Below are positions 38,275 through 47,018 of a stretch of DNA of 64,000 bases, piece after piece. Below the pieces are notes generated by a model. It was not told the origin of the DNA. It ran no database searches and saw nothing but the letters and a program-made list of their open reading frames with translations. The number at the start of each line of letters is the position of its first letter. Positions within the stretch are counted from its first letter, which is position 1. Position numbers and translations under genes: made by a program. The stretch spans positions 6,302-70,301 of the forward strand of contig CAVRUD010000008.1 of assembly GCA_963724285.1 (NCBI GenBank), given 5' to 3'. The stretch comes from an uncultured Chloroflexia bacterium. GTDB lineage: Bacteria > Chloroflexota > Chloroflexia > Thermomicrobiales > UBA6265.

Positions 38275-38646
38275 CCTGTGGCCGATGATCGACCTACGAC
38301 ACGCGCCGCAACGACTTAATACACAGCGCGGGCTGGGAAGTGATTCCCGGCCCGCGTTGATTGCGTCAGTTCGCGCCGCCTAGAGGTTGTCGCCTCCACC
38401 CCCGCGACATTGTTAGAGACTCCGTTGTTGATCGCCCCGTCCGTGTTGTTGAAGTATGCGAGGTCCACCTCGATCATGCTGCCGATGACAAGCACAAAGC
38501 GGGTGTTGTCCAGCGTCGCGTTGCCCCGCACCGTCGCGAAGCTGAGCACAGCGCCCTCCGCCGTTCTGGTGAACGCATCTGTATCGACCGCGCGATATGA
38601 TAGGATCGCGTACTGTCCGTACACCCCGAGCCGCGAGGTTAATGCT

Positions 38647-38886
38647 GTGTCGGTAACCCCCAAGAAATCAGACGTGATTGACGGAATTACCATAAAGTAC
38701 CATGCCAATGGAAAGACGGTTTGGTCAAAAGGCAAGGTAGTTGACGGTCAGGCGGAGGGATACTGGGAATGGTATCGCCTGGATGGGACGCGCAAACGCT
38801 CAGGAACGTTCAACAAAGGAGTCCCAGTAGGACGGTGGACAACGTATGATGCACACGGTGAGGTCTATAAGGTGACCGAAAAGTAA
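38647..38886 (+). CDS. short MORN-repeat (YwqK-like) protein or fragment
   Basis: 'ITIKYHANGKTVWSKGKVVDGQAEGYWEWYRLDGTRKRSGTFNKGVPVGRWTTYDAHGEVYKV'. Start uncertain (GTG at 38647 or 38674). Lies in a lower-G+C patch. Confidence 0.5.
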   Translation: MSVTPKKSDVIDGITIKYHANGKTVWSKGKVVDGQAEGYWEWYRLDGTRKRSGTFNKGVPVGRWTTYDAHGEVYKVTEK

Positions 38887-39001
38887 CCTCCATAGCAGGC
38901 GTCGCCTTACGAGCACTGGCAACCGGTGTTCCTGTTGTTCCCGACGATTCAAACCAGCTTCGTTGATACCCTACCGTCCACTCAGAAGTCTGGGAACCGG
39001 C

Positions 39002-39048
39002 GCGGACCGGGGAGCGCCCCCGGTCCGCTTCGTTGCGATTTGTTGTTG
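39002..39048 (+). terminator. intrinsic-terminator-like hairpin with T-rich tail
   Basis: 'gcggaccgggg-agcgc-ccccggtccgc' followed by 'ttcgttgcgatttgttgtt'. Confidence 0.45.
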
Positions 39049-39120
39049 GCGTTGTGCCTACGGGAACTCGCTAGCCCCCCACGCACGGTATCGGCGTGAT
39101 TCGGCGGCGCGACGCGGCAT

Positions 39121-39768
39121 CTAGAGCGACAGGATCACCAGCACCGCGTCCAGGCCTTCCGCCCGGGTGGCGCGGAGGTCGGTGAACGCCTCGTCGATCT
39201 GCTGCGGGTCGTAGAGCACGGTGGTGGCCGGCGATGTGCCCAGCCGACGCACGAACGCGTCGTACTGCGTCCAGCCTGAGGCGGTATTTGCCGCGACGAC
39301 GACGTAGCGGGTGTCGTCGTTGGCCGTGCGGGTACCTGGGGACGGGACCGGGAGGGACGGGGCGGGCGCGTCCAGATCGCGGCAGGCGGCAGGCGGCGAC
39401 CCGGCGTCGCGGGTTCGCGCCGGGCGGTCGGGCGCGATCGTTGCGCTCGCCGCGGCGTACTCGGCGGCCAGGACCTCGGCCTCGGCGTAGGCGGCGGCGT
39501 CCCAGTCGGCCGGCTTCAAGTCCCAGCCCTGGCTGACGACCTCGTCTATGGGGACGGTGAGGTGGATCTCGCGGTCGCCGACCGCCGCGATCGCGCTGGT
39601 CGGGGCGTAGTAGTCGGTCGTGACGAAGAAGCCCTTCTCGACCGTGATGTAGGCGGGGCCCACCTCGGTGACCTTGCCGACCTTGTCGCCGTCGGCGCCG
39701 TAGACGGTCATCCCCCCGCGGATCTGCCGGTGGCAGGCCGTGGTGTCCATGGTAGTTGTGGTGTCCAT
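39121..39768 (-). CDS. DUF2171/PRC-barrel-like protein with unknown C-terminal domain
   Basis: 'IRGGMTVYGADGDKVGKVTEVGPAYITVEKGFFVTTDYYAPTSAIAAVGDREIHLTVPIDEVVSQGWD'. Start at ATG 39768 inside the 510-aa composite ORF. Confidence 0.7.
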   Translation of the reverse strand: MDTTTTMDTTACHRQIRGGMTVYGADGDKVGKVTEVGPAYITVEKGFFVTTDYYAPTSAIAAVGDREIHLTVPIDEVVSQGWDLKPADWDAAAYAEAEVLAAEYAAASATIAPDRPARTRDAGSPPAACRDLDAPAPSLPVPSPGTRTANDDTRYVVVAANTASGWTQYDAFVRRLGTSPATTVLYDPQQIDEAFTDLRATRAEGLDAVLVILSL

Positions 39769-39950
39769 CGGTCTGTCTCGTGCTTTCTCTGGATGCGGTA
39801 AACGAACCGCGTCGTGGCGTCCCGGCCTCCCGGAGGCCGAGGAGCTGGATGAACAGGGAAGCGATGGCGGGGCCGGCGACGCGAGACGAGCGGATGCGCG
39901 CCAGCAGCTGGCCACGCGACACGATCGCCGTCTCGGTCGGCGGCGTCGGG

Positions 39951-40653
39951 CTAGGTCGCGGGGCCGTCGTCCTCGTCGGGCCGCTCGGCCGGGTCCTGGC
40001 CGTCCGCGCCGCCCCCCGTGGGCCGGAGGCGCGAGCGCTCGACGAACGCCTCGAGGTCGGCGCGCGCGAACCGGTAGGCGGCGGGGCCGCCGGGGGCGGC
40101 GTCCCTGACCGCCGGGAACGCCCCGCGGTTGGCCCACCTGAGCACGGTCCCCCGGGTCACCCCGAGGATGCACGCGGCCTCGGCGGAGTCGACGTACCGG
40201 TCGCCCCGCGCGGGCGCCAGGGCGAGGACGTCCGAGCGGCGGAAGCGGTAGCGGACGACGCGGCCGACGTCCGCGCGGACGTGCGGGACGCGGCCCCGGG
40301 CCGCCCGCCGGCGCAAGGCGAGCGCGGAGATGCCGAGGATGGCCGCCGCCTCGGCGGTGCCGATCAGGTCGTCGTCCGCGGCGGGGTCCGGGCCGCCGCC
40401 GCGCGGCGGGGACCCGGCCCCCCGGCTCGCGGTCCCAGCCCCGGGCGACGGCCGCGTCCTGGGTCACGCCCAGGCGGACCTCGCCCCCGCCGACGGCGGC
40501 GACCGCGCTGATGGGGACGTGGAGGTCGGCGGGCAGGAAGGCGCCCTTCGCGACGATGACGTACCGGCCGTCGAAGCCGACGACCGTGCCGACCGTGGCG
40601 CCGTCCGCCCCGCGGACGGTCATGCCGGTCTGGATCTGATGCTGGATGTCCAA
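39951..40653 (-). pseudogene. DUF2171/PRC-barrel domain followed by two excisionase-type HTH domains; frame change at a C6 run (40418-40423)
   Basis: 'IQTGMTVRGADGATVGTVVGFDGRYVIVAKG...RLGVTQDAAVARGWD'. Then in another frame 'LIGTAEAAAILGISALALRRRAARGRVPH...YVDSAEAACILGVTRGTVLRWANRGAFP'. The first frame has no stop before 39121. Confidence 0.6.
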
Positions 40654-40877
40654 TGTCCGTTCCTCTTATAGGTGCTACGTGTGGTCGGCGGTCTGCGTCG
40701 CGCGTGTAAGGCGCGGCCTATGCGCCGGCCGCGACGACACGGCAACGGCCCCGAGCCGAAGCCCGGGGCCGCCACCGATCCGCGGATCGCGGAACCCCTT
40801 ATTTGCAGCCGTTGGCGGTCGGCCTTCCAGGTCTGGAGCCACTGCCCGTAGCCCGGTTCTTCACCGTCCACCTGCAC

Positions 40878-41069
40878 CTAAGCCACTTGCACCGGTCCGA
40901 ACCCGCCGTGGTCGCGGTCGCCGCCGTCGCTGTTGCGCGTGGCGCGCTCGATCCCCATGCAGTTGGCGTTCTCCGAGGGCTGGCCGGCGCTCGTATCGGC
41001 GCTCGCCGCACCCACGGCCGACGCCGCCACCAGTCCGGCGACACCGAACGCCATCATTAGCCGTTTCAT
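40878..41069 (-). CDS. small secreted protein (weak call); ends at a TAG that is followed in frame by more protein-like sequence
   Basis: Signal 'MKRLMMAFGVAGLVAASAVGAASA'. '...DRDHGGFGPVQVA*VQVDGEEPGYGQWLQTWK'. Confidence 0.4.
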   Translation of the reverse strand: MKRLMMAFGVAGLVAASAVGAASADTSAGQPSENANCMGIERATRNSDGGDRDHGGFGPVQVA

Positions 41070-41222
41070 CCGCGTTTCTCTTTCCTGCCCACCGGGCCCT
41101 ACGCATCCCGGCGACCGGACCACCCAGTCGCCCACCGATGTCGTGTCTCCATCATCGGGGAAGGACGGCGGGGGCGCAGCCACAACGGTGACGCCGCGGC
41201 GTCACTCGTGGGCGCCGGACTG

Positions 41223-41936
41223 TCACCGGTGTGACACGGCCCCCGCCCAGGTGTGGCCGTGGAGGCCCTCGGCGTCGAGGATCGCGATGCCGGGCGACGC
41301 CGTGGCGACCAGGCCCAGCGCGCGGAGCTCGGCCACGACCCGCGCGACCGCCGGGCGGGCGGAGCCGACCGCCTCGGCCAGCGCCTGCTGCGTGACCACC
41401 GCGACGAGGCGTCCGTCGCGCTGCGCGGTCGCGAGGTCGAGGAGGTGGCGCGCCACCCGCTGGCGCAGGGACCCGAAGCCGGTATCGGCGACCGCGTCGA
41501 TGGTGTCGTACAGCCGCCGCGCGGTCTCCCGTGCCAGCATCCACCCCACCGCGGGCTCCGTCTGGCCCAGGGAGGCGAGCGTCCGGGCGCCGAGCATGAG
41601 GAGCCGGGCGTCGGTGACCATCTGGGCGCTGACGGGGGCCGGCCCGCCGACGACGGTCGCGGCGCCAAGGAGTTCGCCGGCGCGGCCGTAGGCGACGGTC
41701 AGGGTGCGACCATCGGGGGCCGATAAGACGAGGCGGACCAGCCCGGCGACGACGAGCAGGCAGCGCGGGTCGTCCTCGTCGCGGTAGATCGTGCTCCCGG
41801 CCGGCACGTCGACGAGGAGGGCGTCGGCCAGCACCCGCTGGCGCAGCGGCGGCGGGAGCCCGGCGAGCGCGCTCGCGGCGACGGCGCGCGCCGCCGGGCC
41901 GTCGGCGGCAACAAACGAAGCATCGGCGCCGGTCAT
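41223..41936 (-). CDS. Crp/Fnr-family transcriptional regulator
   Basis: cNMP-binding-like 'VPAGSTIYRDEDDPRCLLVVAGLVRLVLSAPDGRTLTV'. C-terminal HTH 'TQQALAEAVGSARPAVARVVAELRALGLV'. Start at 'MTGADAS'. Confidence 0.85.
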   Translation of the reverse strand: MTGADASFVAADGPAARAVAASALAGLPPPLRQRVLADALLVDVPAGSTIYRDEDDPRCLLVVAGLVRLVLSAPDGRTLTVAYGRAGELLGAATVVGGPAPVSAQMVTDARLLMLGARTLASLGQTEPAVGWMLARETARRLYDTIDAVADTGFGSLRQRVARHLLDLATAQRDGRLVAVVTQQALAEAVGSARPAVARVVAELRALGLVATASPGIAILDAEGLHGHTWAGAVSHR

Positions 41937-42471
41937 GCTGTCCTCCGGGTCGAGCGCGGGAACGCGACGGGGTGCGCCGCACAGCGTACAGGACGCCGAC
42001 CCCGCCGCTCCGCCGGTGATCATCGCCGGGCGGCTCGTTGACGGGGTCATAACGGGGACGAGCCACCGGCCCCGGGATCGATGGCCGCGCCACCGGACGT
42101 GCCAGCACCCAGGAACGGAGCGCGGCGCCTCCACCGGCGGCAACGTAGGCGATGGGTCACGATGCGGCTCTAGGTGCCGGAGCACGACGCACAGGATCTG
42201 GTCGACGCATGGCCCGCGCTGCTCCATCGTCAGGTTCCCGCGGACTCAACATGTTGCACACCCCACGACCACCGATCGCTCGCACGCGAGACAACGATCG
42301 ATTTCCCGGACGATGAACGAGCAGGCGGCTCCTTCGACGATGGGCTGATCGGCGCTATTCCTGGCGCGGATCTTACCCAGGTTCACCCGTATACTCCTCC
42401 CGGTCGCGCCACCGGGCGTGCCAACATCCAGGAGCGGAGGGCGGCGCCGGTGTTGGCCGCGCGGAGGTGCG

Positions 42472-43188
42472 ATGCGGTTGCGGGTGCTGGAGCAAGGGGT
42501 TATCGAGGCGAAGGACGCCGGCTTCGTCACGGAGCACGGCGAGCGCGAGCTGGTCAACGCCACCTGGCCCGTGCGCTGCTACCTGATCGAGCACCCCCGC
42601 GGGCTGCTGCTCTGGGATGCCGGTCTCCCCGAGGGGTCGCCAGACAACCCACCACCAACGGGGAAATTCCCCAGGGGCATCCTCGCGCCCCTGGTTCCGT
42701 GGCTGGCTGAACTCGGGCTCGCCCCGGCCGACATCACCTTCATGGGCTTCTCTCACCTGCATAACGACCACGCCGGCAACGCCAACCACTTCGCCGCCTC
42801 GACCGTGGTCGTCGCCGCCCGCGAGTGGTCCCACGCCTTCGGGCCGGACGCCGGCAGCGTCTACCGCCCCCAGGACTACGCCGCCCTGCGCGACAGCCGC
42901 ACGATCCTGGTCGACGAGACCCACGACCTCTTCGGCGACGGCACCGCCGTCATCCACGCCGCCCCGGGCCACACCCCCGGCCATCAGATCCTCCTCCTGA
43001 CCATCCCGGGCCAGGAACCCCTCCTCCTGGTCGGGGACGCCTTCTACGCGCCCGAGGACCGGATCCACCGCCGCGTCCCCGCGTGGAACGTCGATACGGC
43101 CCAATCCTTCCGCTCCATCGACCGCATCGAGCAGCTCGCCGCGGAGACCGGCGCCCGCCTTTTGGTCCACCACGACCCGAACGCCTAG
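42472..43188 (+). CDS. MBL-fold hydrolase (N-acyl-homoserine-lactonase-like)
   Basis: 'CYLIEHPRGLLLWDAG', 'FSHLHNDHAGN', 'HAAPGHTPGH', 'LVGDAFY', 'HHDP'. Confidence 0.85.
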   Translation: MRLRVLEQGVIEAKDAGFVTEHGERELVNATWPVRCYLIEHPRGLLLWDAGLPEGSPDNPPPTGKFPRGILAPLVPWLAELGLAPADITFMGFSHLHNDHAGNANHFAASTVVVAAREWSHAFGPDAGSVYRPQDYAALRDSRTILVDETHDLFGDGTAVIHAAPGHTPGHQILLLTIPGQEPLLLVGDAFYAPEDRIHRRVPAWNVDTAQSFRSIDRIEQLAAETGARLLVHHDPNA

Positions 43189-43299
43189 GCAGTTTCACAG
43201 AAGGCTTGGACCGGTGCGCGCGGCGGTGGGGGCGGAGGTGGGGCGCTGGTCCCCGCCCTTGCCCCGTACGCCGACGAACCCCGGGACCTGTTCGCGACG

Positions 43300-43535
43300 G
43301 GCGCCAATTGCGTCCGCGCGTGGCGAGCCGGTCCTGGCGGGTGGCCGCCGGGCCTCGCCGACGAGCCGCGGGGCGGGCGACCGGACCGCGGCGCGGGCGT
43401 TCCTGGCGGAGGCGCTGGAGGCGAGCCCCGGTCCTCCGGGCGCCCCGTCACGATCTGGAGCAGCCGCGACCTGTGCGCGGTGCTGGCGATGCGCCTGGAC
43501 GTCTGGATCTGCGCCGCGACCGTGTACCGCGCTAG
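43300..43535 (+). pseudogene. IS630-like transposase N-terminal (HTH) fragment, multiply frameshifted
   Basis: Across frames: 'GLADEPRGGRPDR | AARAFLAEALEASPGPPG | VTIWSSRDLCAVLAMRLDVWICAATVYRA*'. Confidence 0.5.
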
Positions 43536-43557
43536 GCGACCGGTGCCGCCGCCCCAC

Positions 43558-43683
43558 GGGCCTCAGGCGGCGCGCCCGGTCGACCTGCTCGGCCGCTCGT
43601 CCAGACATCCCAACCGTGCGGCACTCCGGGGCCTCGGCGACCACCGCCCAGGCGTGGTCGTGACGCAATCGCGCGAGCGACCC
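43558..43683. repeat. copy 1 of a dispersed ~125-220-bp homologous segment
   Basis: '...ctgctcggccgctcgtcc...cggcactccgg.gcctcggcgaccacc.cccaggcgtggtcgtgacgcaa.cgcgcgagcga'. Same orientation as copies 2 and 3. Confidence 0.8.
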
Positions 43684-43950
43684 CCCACGCCCTCGCCACG
43701 CGAGCTCGGATCGCGGGCAGGCGGTCCGATTCGTGTTGGCCGGGGCTGCTCAGCCGCCGGCGCTTTCATACCGCGATGCCGTGGTGACCTGATTGGATGA
43801 CCGAAGGTCGGCGACAACGGGTGCGGTTGGTTGCAGGAGCGGCGTTGCTGACCGACGCCGAGCTCGTCGAGAACCAGCGGCTCGTGAGCTTGGGCGAGCC
43901 GGGTGTTCCGTCGCCGGTCCCGAGATCATGAGCACCCGGCGGGCCAGACC

Positions 43951-44022
43951 GCGATCCGTCGGCTACCGCCGCGATCCGTCGGCTACCGCCGCGATCCGGC
44001 GGCTACCGCCGCGATCCGTCGC
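43951..44022. repeat. 20-bp tandem repeat, about 3.6 copies
   Basis: 'gcgatccgtcggctaccgcc' x3 (one g/t variant) plus a partial unit. Overlaps the stop region of the SDR pseudogene. Confidence 0.9.
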
Positions 44023-45472
44023 AACATCCCGGCGAAGATGAGCCGGTGAATGGGATACGTGACGTACCAATACGCGAGACCGCCGAGGCCCACCGGGTCG
44101 AAGATCGCCGTCTGCCTTATCGTCGACCCGGCGCCGTCCGGCGCGATTTCGAATTCCAGCCAGGCGCGCCCGGGCACCTTCATTTCCGCGAACAGGCGCA
44201 GGCGCCGGTTCGGCTCGATCGCCTCGACCCGCCACCAATCGACCGCGTCGTCCACCCGAAGCCCCACGGGATCGCGTCGCCCGCGCCGCATCCCGACCCC
44301 GCCGACGAGCAAATCGAGGAATCCGCGCAGACGCCAGAGCCAGGTGGCGTAGTACCAGCCCGCTTCGGCCGCCGATGCGCGCGATCGGCGCAAACGCGTC
44401 GGCGGGCGCGACCGGAACCGTCACCGTCCGCGAATCGACCAGACGACTCCCGAACCGGACCCCGCCCCAGTCACGGCGCTCGCCGTTCGCCGAGAACGCA
44501 TCGGACCAGCGGGTGACGGCATATTCCCGGTCCTCGTTCGCAATCGCCTGCGCCATCGCCTCGTCCACGCCGCGCGGAGTAATGGGGAACGCGTGTCGCG
44601 CGGACTCGTCACGCACCACGGTGGGAACCGTGATGCTGTCGATCAGCTTCCGTCCGACGCGGGCGTACAGCGGCGTGACCAGCCGAGCCAGAGACTGGAA
44701 AGCCGGGGGGTCAACACCGGGACGGGAATCATCAGCCGCCGCAGCCCGCGTTGGCGCGCATACGCCCGCATGAGATCGCCAAACGAGACGCGATCGGCGC
44801 CGCCGATTTCGTACATCGCGGCTCCCTCCGACGGAGGTCCACCGCGGCTACCAGGTACGCCAGCAGGTCGGCGATCCCAATCGGTTGCGTCTTCACGGCG
44901 ACCCACCGGGGCGTGATCATCACGGGCAGGCGCTCGACCAGGGCGCGGATCATCTCGAACGACAGACTGCCCGAGCCAAGGACGACCGACGCCCGGAACT
45001 CGATCACCTCGACGCCCGAAGCGCGCAACAGGTCGCCGACCTCCTGCCGGCTGCGCAGGTGCGGTGAGGCGGCGCTACCGGCATCACCCAGCCCGCCCAG
45101 GTAGATGATGCGCCGGACGCCGGCGGCGCGCGCGGCGGCTCCGAAATGGCGCGCGGCCGCGCGGTCGTGCTCTTCGAACCCCTCCGCCAGTCCCATGCTG
45201 TGGACGAGGTAGTAGGCGATATCGCCGCCCGCCATCGCCCCCGAGAGGCTCGCGGGGTCCGACACGTCGGCGAACGCGACCTCGGTGCTCGGCCCGACAC
45301 GAGAGCGCAGCGCCTCGGGCCGCCGCGTCAGGCAGCGCACGCGCTGCCCCGCCGCTTCCAATTGCGTCAGCAACCGGCCACCGACGTACCCGGTCGCCCC
45401 GGTCAGGAGGATCAACGGTGGGGCGGAGGCCGCCCCCGGCGGGTCGACCGGCGGGCCGGTGTGGGTCATCAT
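43983..45472 (-). pseudogene. NAD(P)H-binding SDR-family / DUF2867 protein broken by about 3 frameshifts (near 44835, 44685, 44360)
   Basis: 'ILLTGATGYVGGRL' ... 'MYEIGGADRVSFGDLMRAYARQRGLRRLMIPVP' ... 'LVTPLYARVGRKLIDS...' ... 'GWYYATWLWRLRGFLDLLVGGVGMRRGRR...AWLEFEI' across four ORF-track frames. Confidence 0.75.
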
Positions 45473-45661
45473 CGGGTCCCTCCGCGACCGTGCGCGGCCG
45501 CCAAGATGGCGCGGCCGCTGGTGTGTGGGCGAGTCCTTGATCGTGCCGGTGCCCCCCGAGCCCATTGGTCAGACCGTCCTTCCCCTGCGCCACGTCGGAG
45601 GAGAGCGGGGTACAGTGACGCAGCGGACGTGCCACGCGTCGCCGCCAGAGGGAGGATGTCG

Positions 45662-46454
45662 ATGGACCGGGACGCATCGATGGGGGCGGCGGGCCCGCTC
45701 CGGGTCCGGGACACCGGGGCGGGGCCGCCGCTGCTCCTGCTGCACGGGGTGCTGGTCAGCGGGGGGCGTTCGACCTCCTGACGCCCCGGCTCGCGGGCCG
45801 CTTCCGGGTGCTGGCCCCGACCTGCGCGGGCACGGCCGCGGCGCTACGCTGCCCGGCCCCCTCGACGCCGCGGCGGTCGCCTCCGACCTCGCGCCGGCCC
45901 TGGACGCCCTCGGCCTGGGCCGCGTCCATGTCCTGGGGCATTCGCACGGCGGGGCGACGGCGCAGGCCTTCGCCCGCGCCCACCCGGAGCGGGTGCGGTC
46001 CCTGGTCCTGGTGGGGACCTAGGCCGTGCACCGCCTGACCCTCCGGGAGCGGCTGCTGGGACTGGCGGCGCCACTGATCGTCGCGGCCGCCGGAACCGAC
46101 CGCCTGGCGCGGCTGGCGCGGCCGGGCGGCGGGGGTCGGAAGCTGGGGCCCGAGGCGGCCGAGGCGCTCGCCGCGGCGGTGGCGTCGAACGACGCCGGGC
46201 GGATGGCGGAGGCCTTGCGGCCGGTGCGGCCCTTCGACAGCCGGGGGTGGTTGGGGGAGCTGCGGGCGCCGGCCCTCGTGGTGGCCGGGGACTCGGACCT
46301 CGTCGTCTCCCCGGGCCAGGCGCCGCTGCTCGCGTCTGGGATCCCCGACGCCCGGCTGCGCCTCGTGTCCGGCGGGGGACACCAGCTGCCACTCTCGCAC
46401 CCGGAGGAGCTGGCGCGGCTGGTCGACGAGTGGCTGGCCCCGGATCCGCCCTAG
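45662..46454 (+). pseudogene. alpha/beta-hydrolase with two frameshifts (G6 run 45761-45766; near 45812) and an in-frame TAG (46020-46022)
   Basis: 'PPLLLLHGVLVSGG | AFDLLTPRLAGRFRVLAP | DLRGHGRG...VLGHSHGGATAQ...LVLVGT*AVHRLT...GGGHQLPLSHPEE'. Confidence 0.75.
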
Positions 46455-46704
46455 TCGCGGGGAGCCGACCGCCAGCGCAGACGCGCGTGACGAGGGGCCG
46501 GGGGAGCGCCGAGCTGCGCCGGCAGAGACCGCTCCGTACTTCCACTAATCACCCATGGCGGAAGGAACCCACGGCGCAGGGACTTGGGGCTTCCATCTAA
46601 GGGGTAACTGCCTCTCGATTAGTGGGAGATGCCCTGCCTCGTCGACATCGACGGGCAGAGAGTTTGGTGGCTGGCCGCCGTACGAAGGCATCGGCGTCTG
46701 AGCA

Positions 46705-46925
46705 GGGACCGGATCGCCTCGTGGCTGACCCCAAACGTTGCCGCCGGCTCACGCAGCGACCGCGCCGCGGCGAGTGATCAGATTGTCTCGCAGACTTGGA
46801 ACGTCAGGCGGCGCCCCCGATCAACCTGCTCTGCCGCTCGTCCTGAGGCCCCAACCGCGCGGCACTCCGGCGCCTCGGCGACCACCACCCAGGCGTGGTC
46901 GTGACGCAACCGCGCGAGCGACTTG
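46705..46925. repeat. copy 2 of the dispersed homologous segment (longer form)
   Basis: Aligns by eye with 52003-52222 over ~220 bp and with 43558-43683 over its right half. The minus strand encodes a 'FGVSHEAIRSLLRR'-type HTH remnant. Confidence 0.75.
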
Positions 46926-47018
46926 GGAGGCCTATATTGGCCTCGAGGCGATTTCAGACTTCGGACGTCGCGTCGAGTGATTGCGCTGCAGCCGAACCTA
47001 GGCGATGCTACCCGTGCT

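Noticed and set aside
38316-38735. 139-aa minus-strand ORF as a confident CDS.
   Set aside because: Its 5' third overlaps the MORN ORF, whose repeats are recognisable. Only the 3' ~100 codons look protein-like, and I recognise no family. It is mentioned only within a finding.
46020-46022. TAG recoding (for example pyrrolysine or a reassigned stop) as the explanation for the in-frame TAGs.
   Set aside because: TAG terminates well-supported genes here (arsR at 10703-10705, the cupredoxin at 8969-8971). There are no pyl genes, and both affected genes lie in a region full of other lesions.
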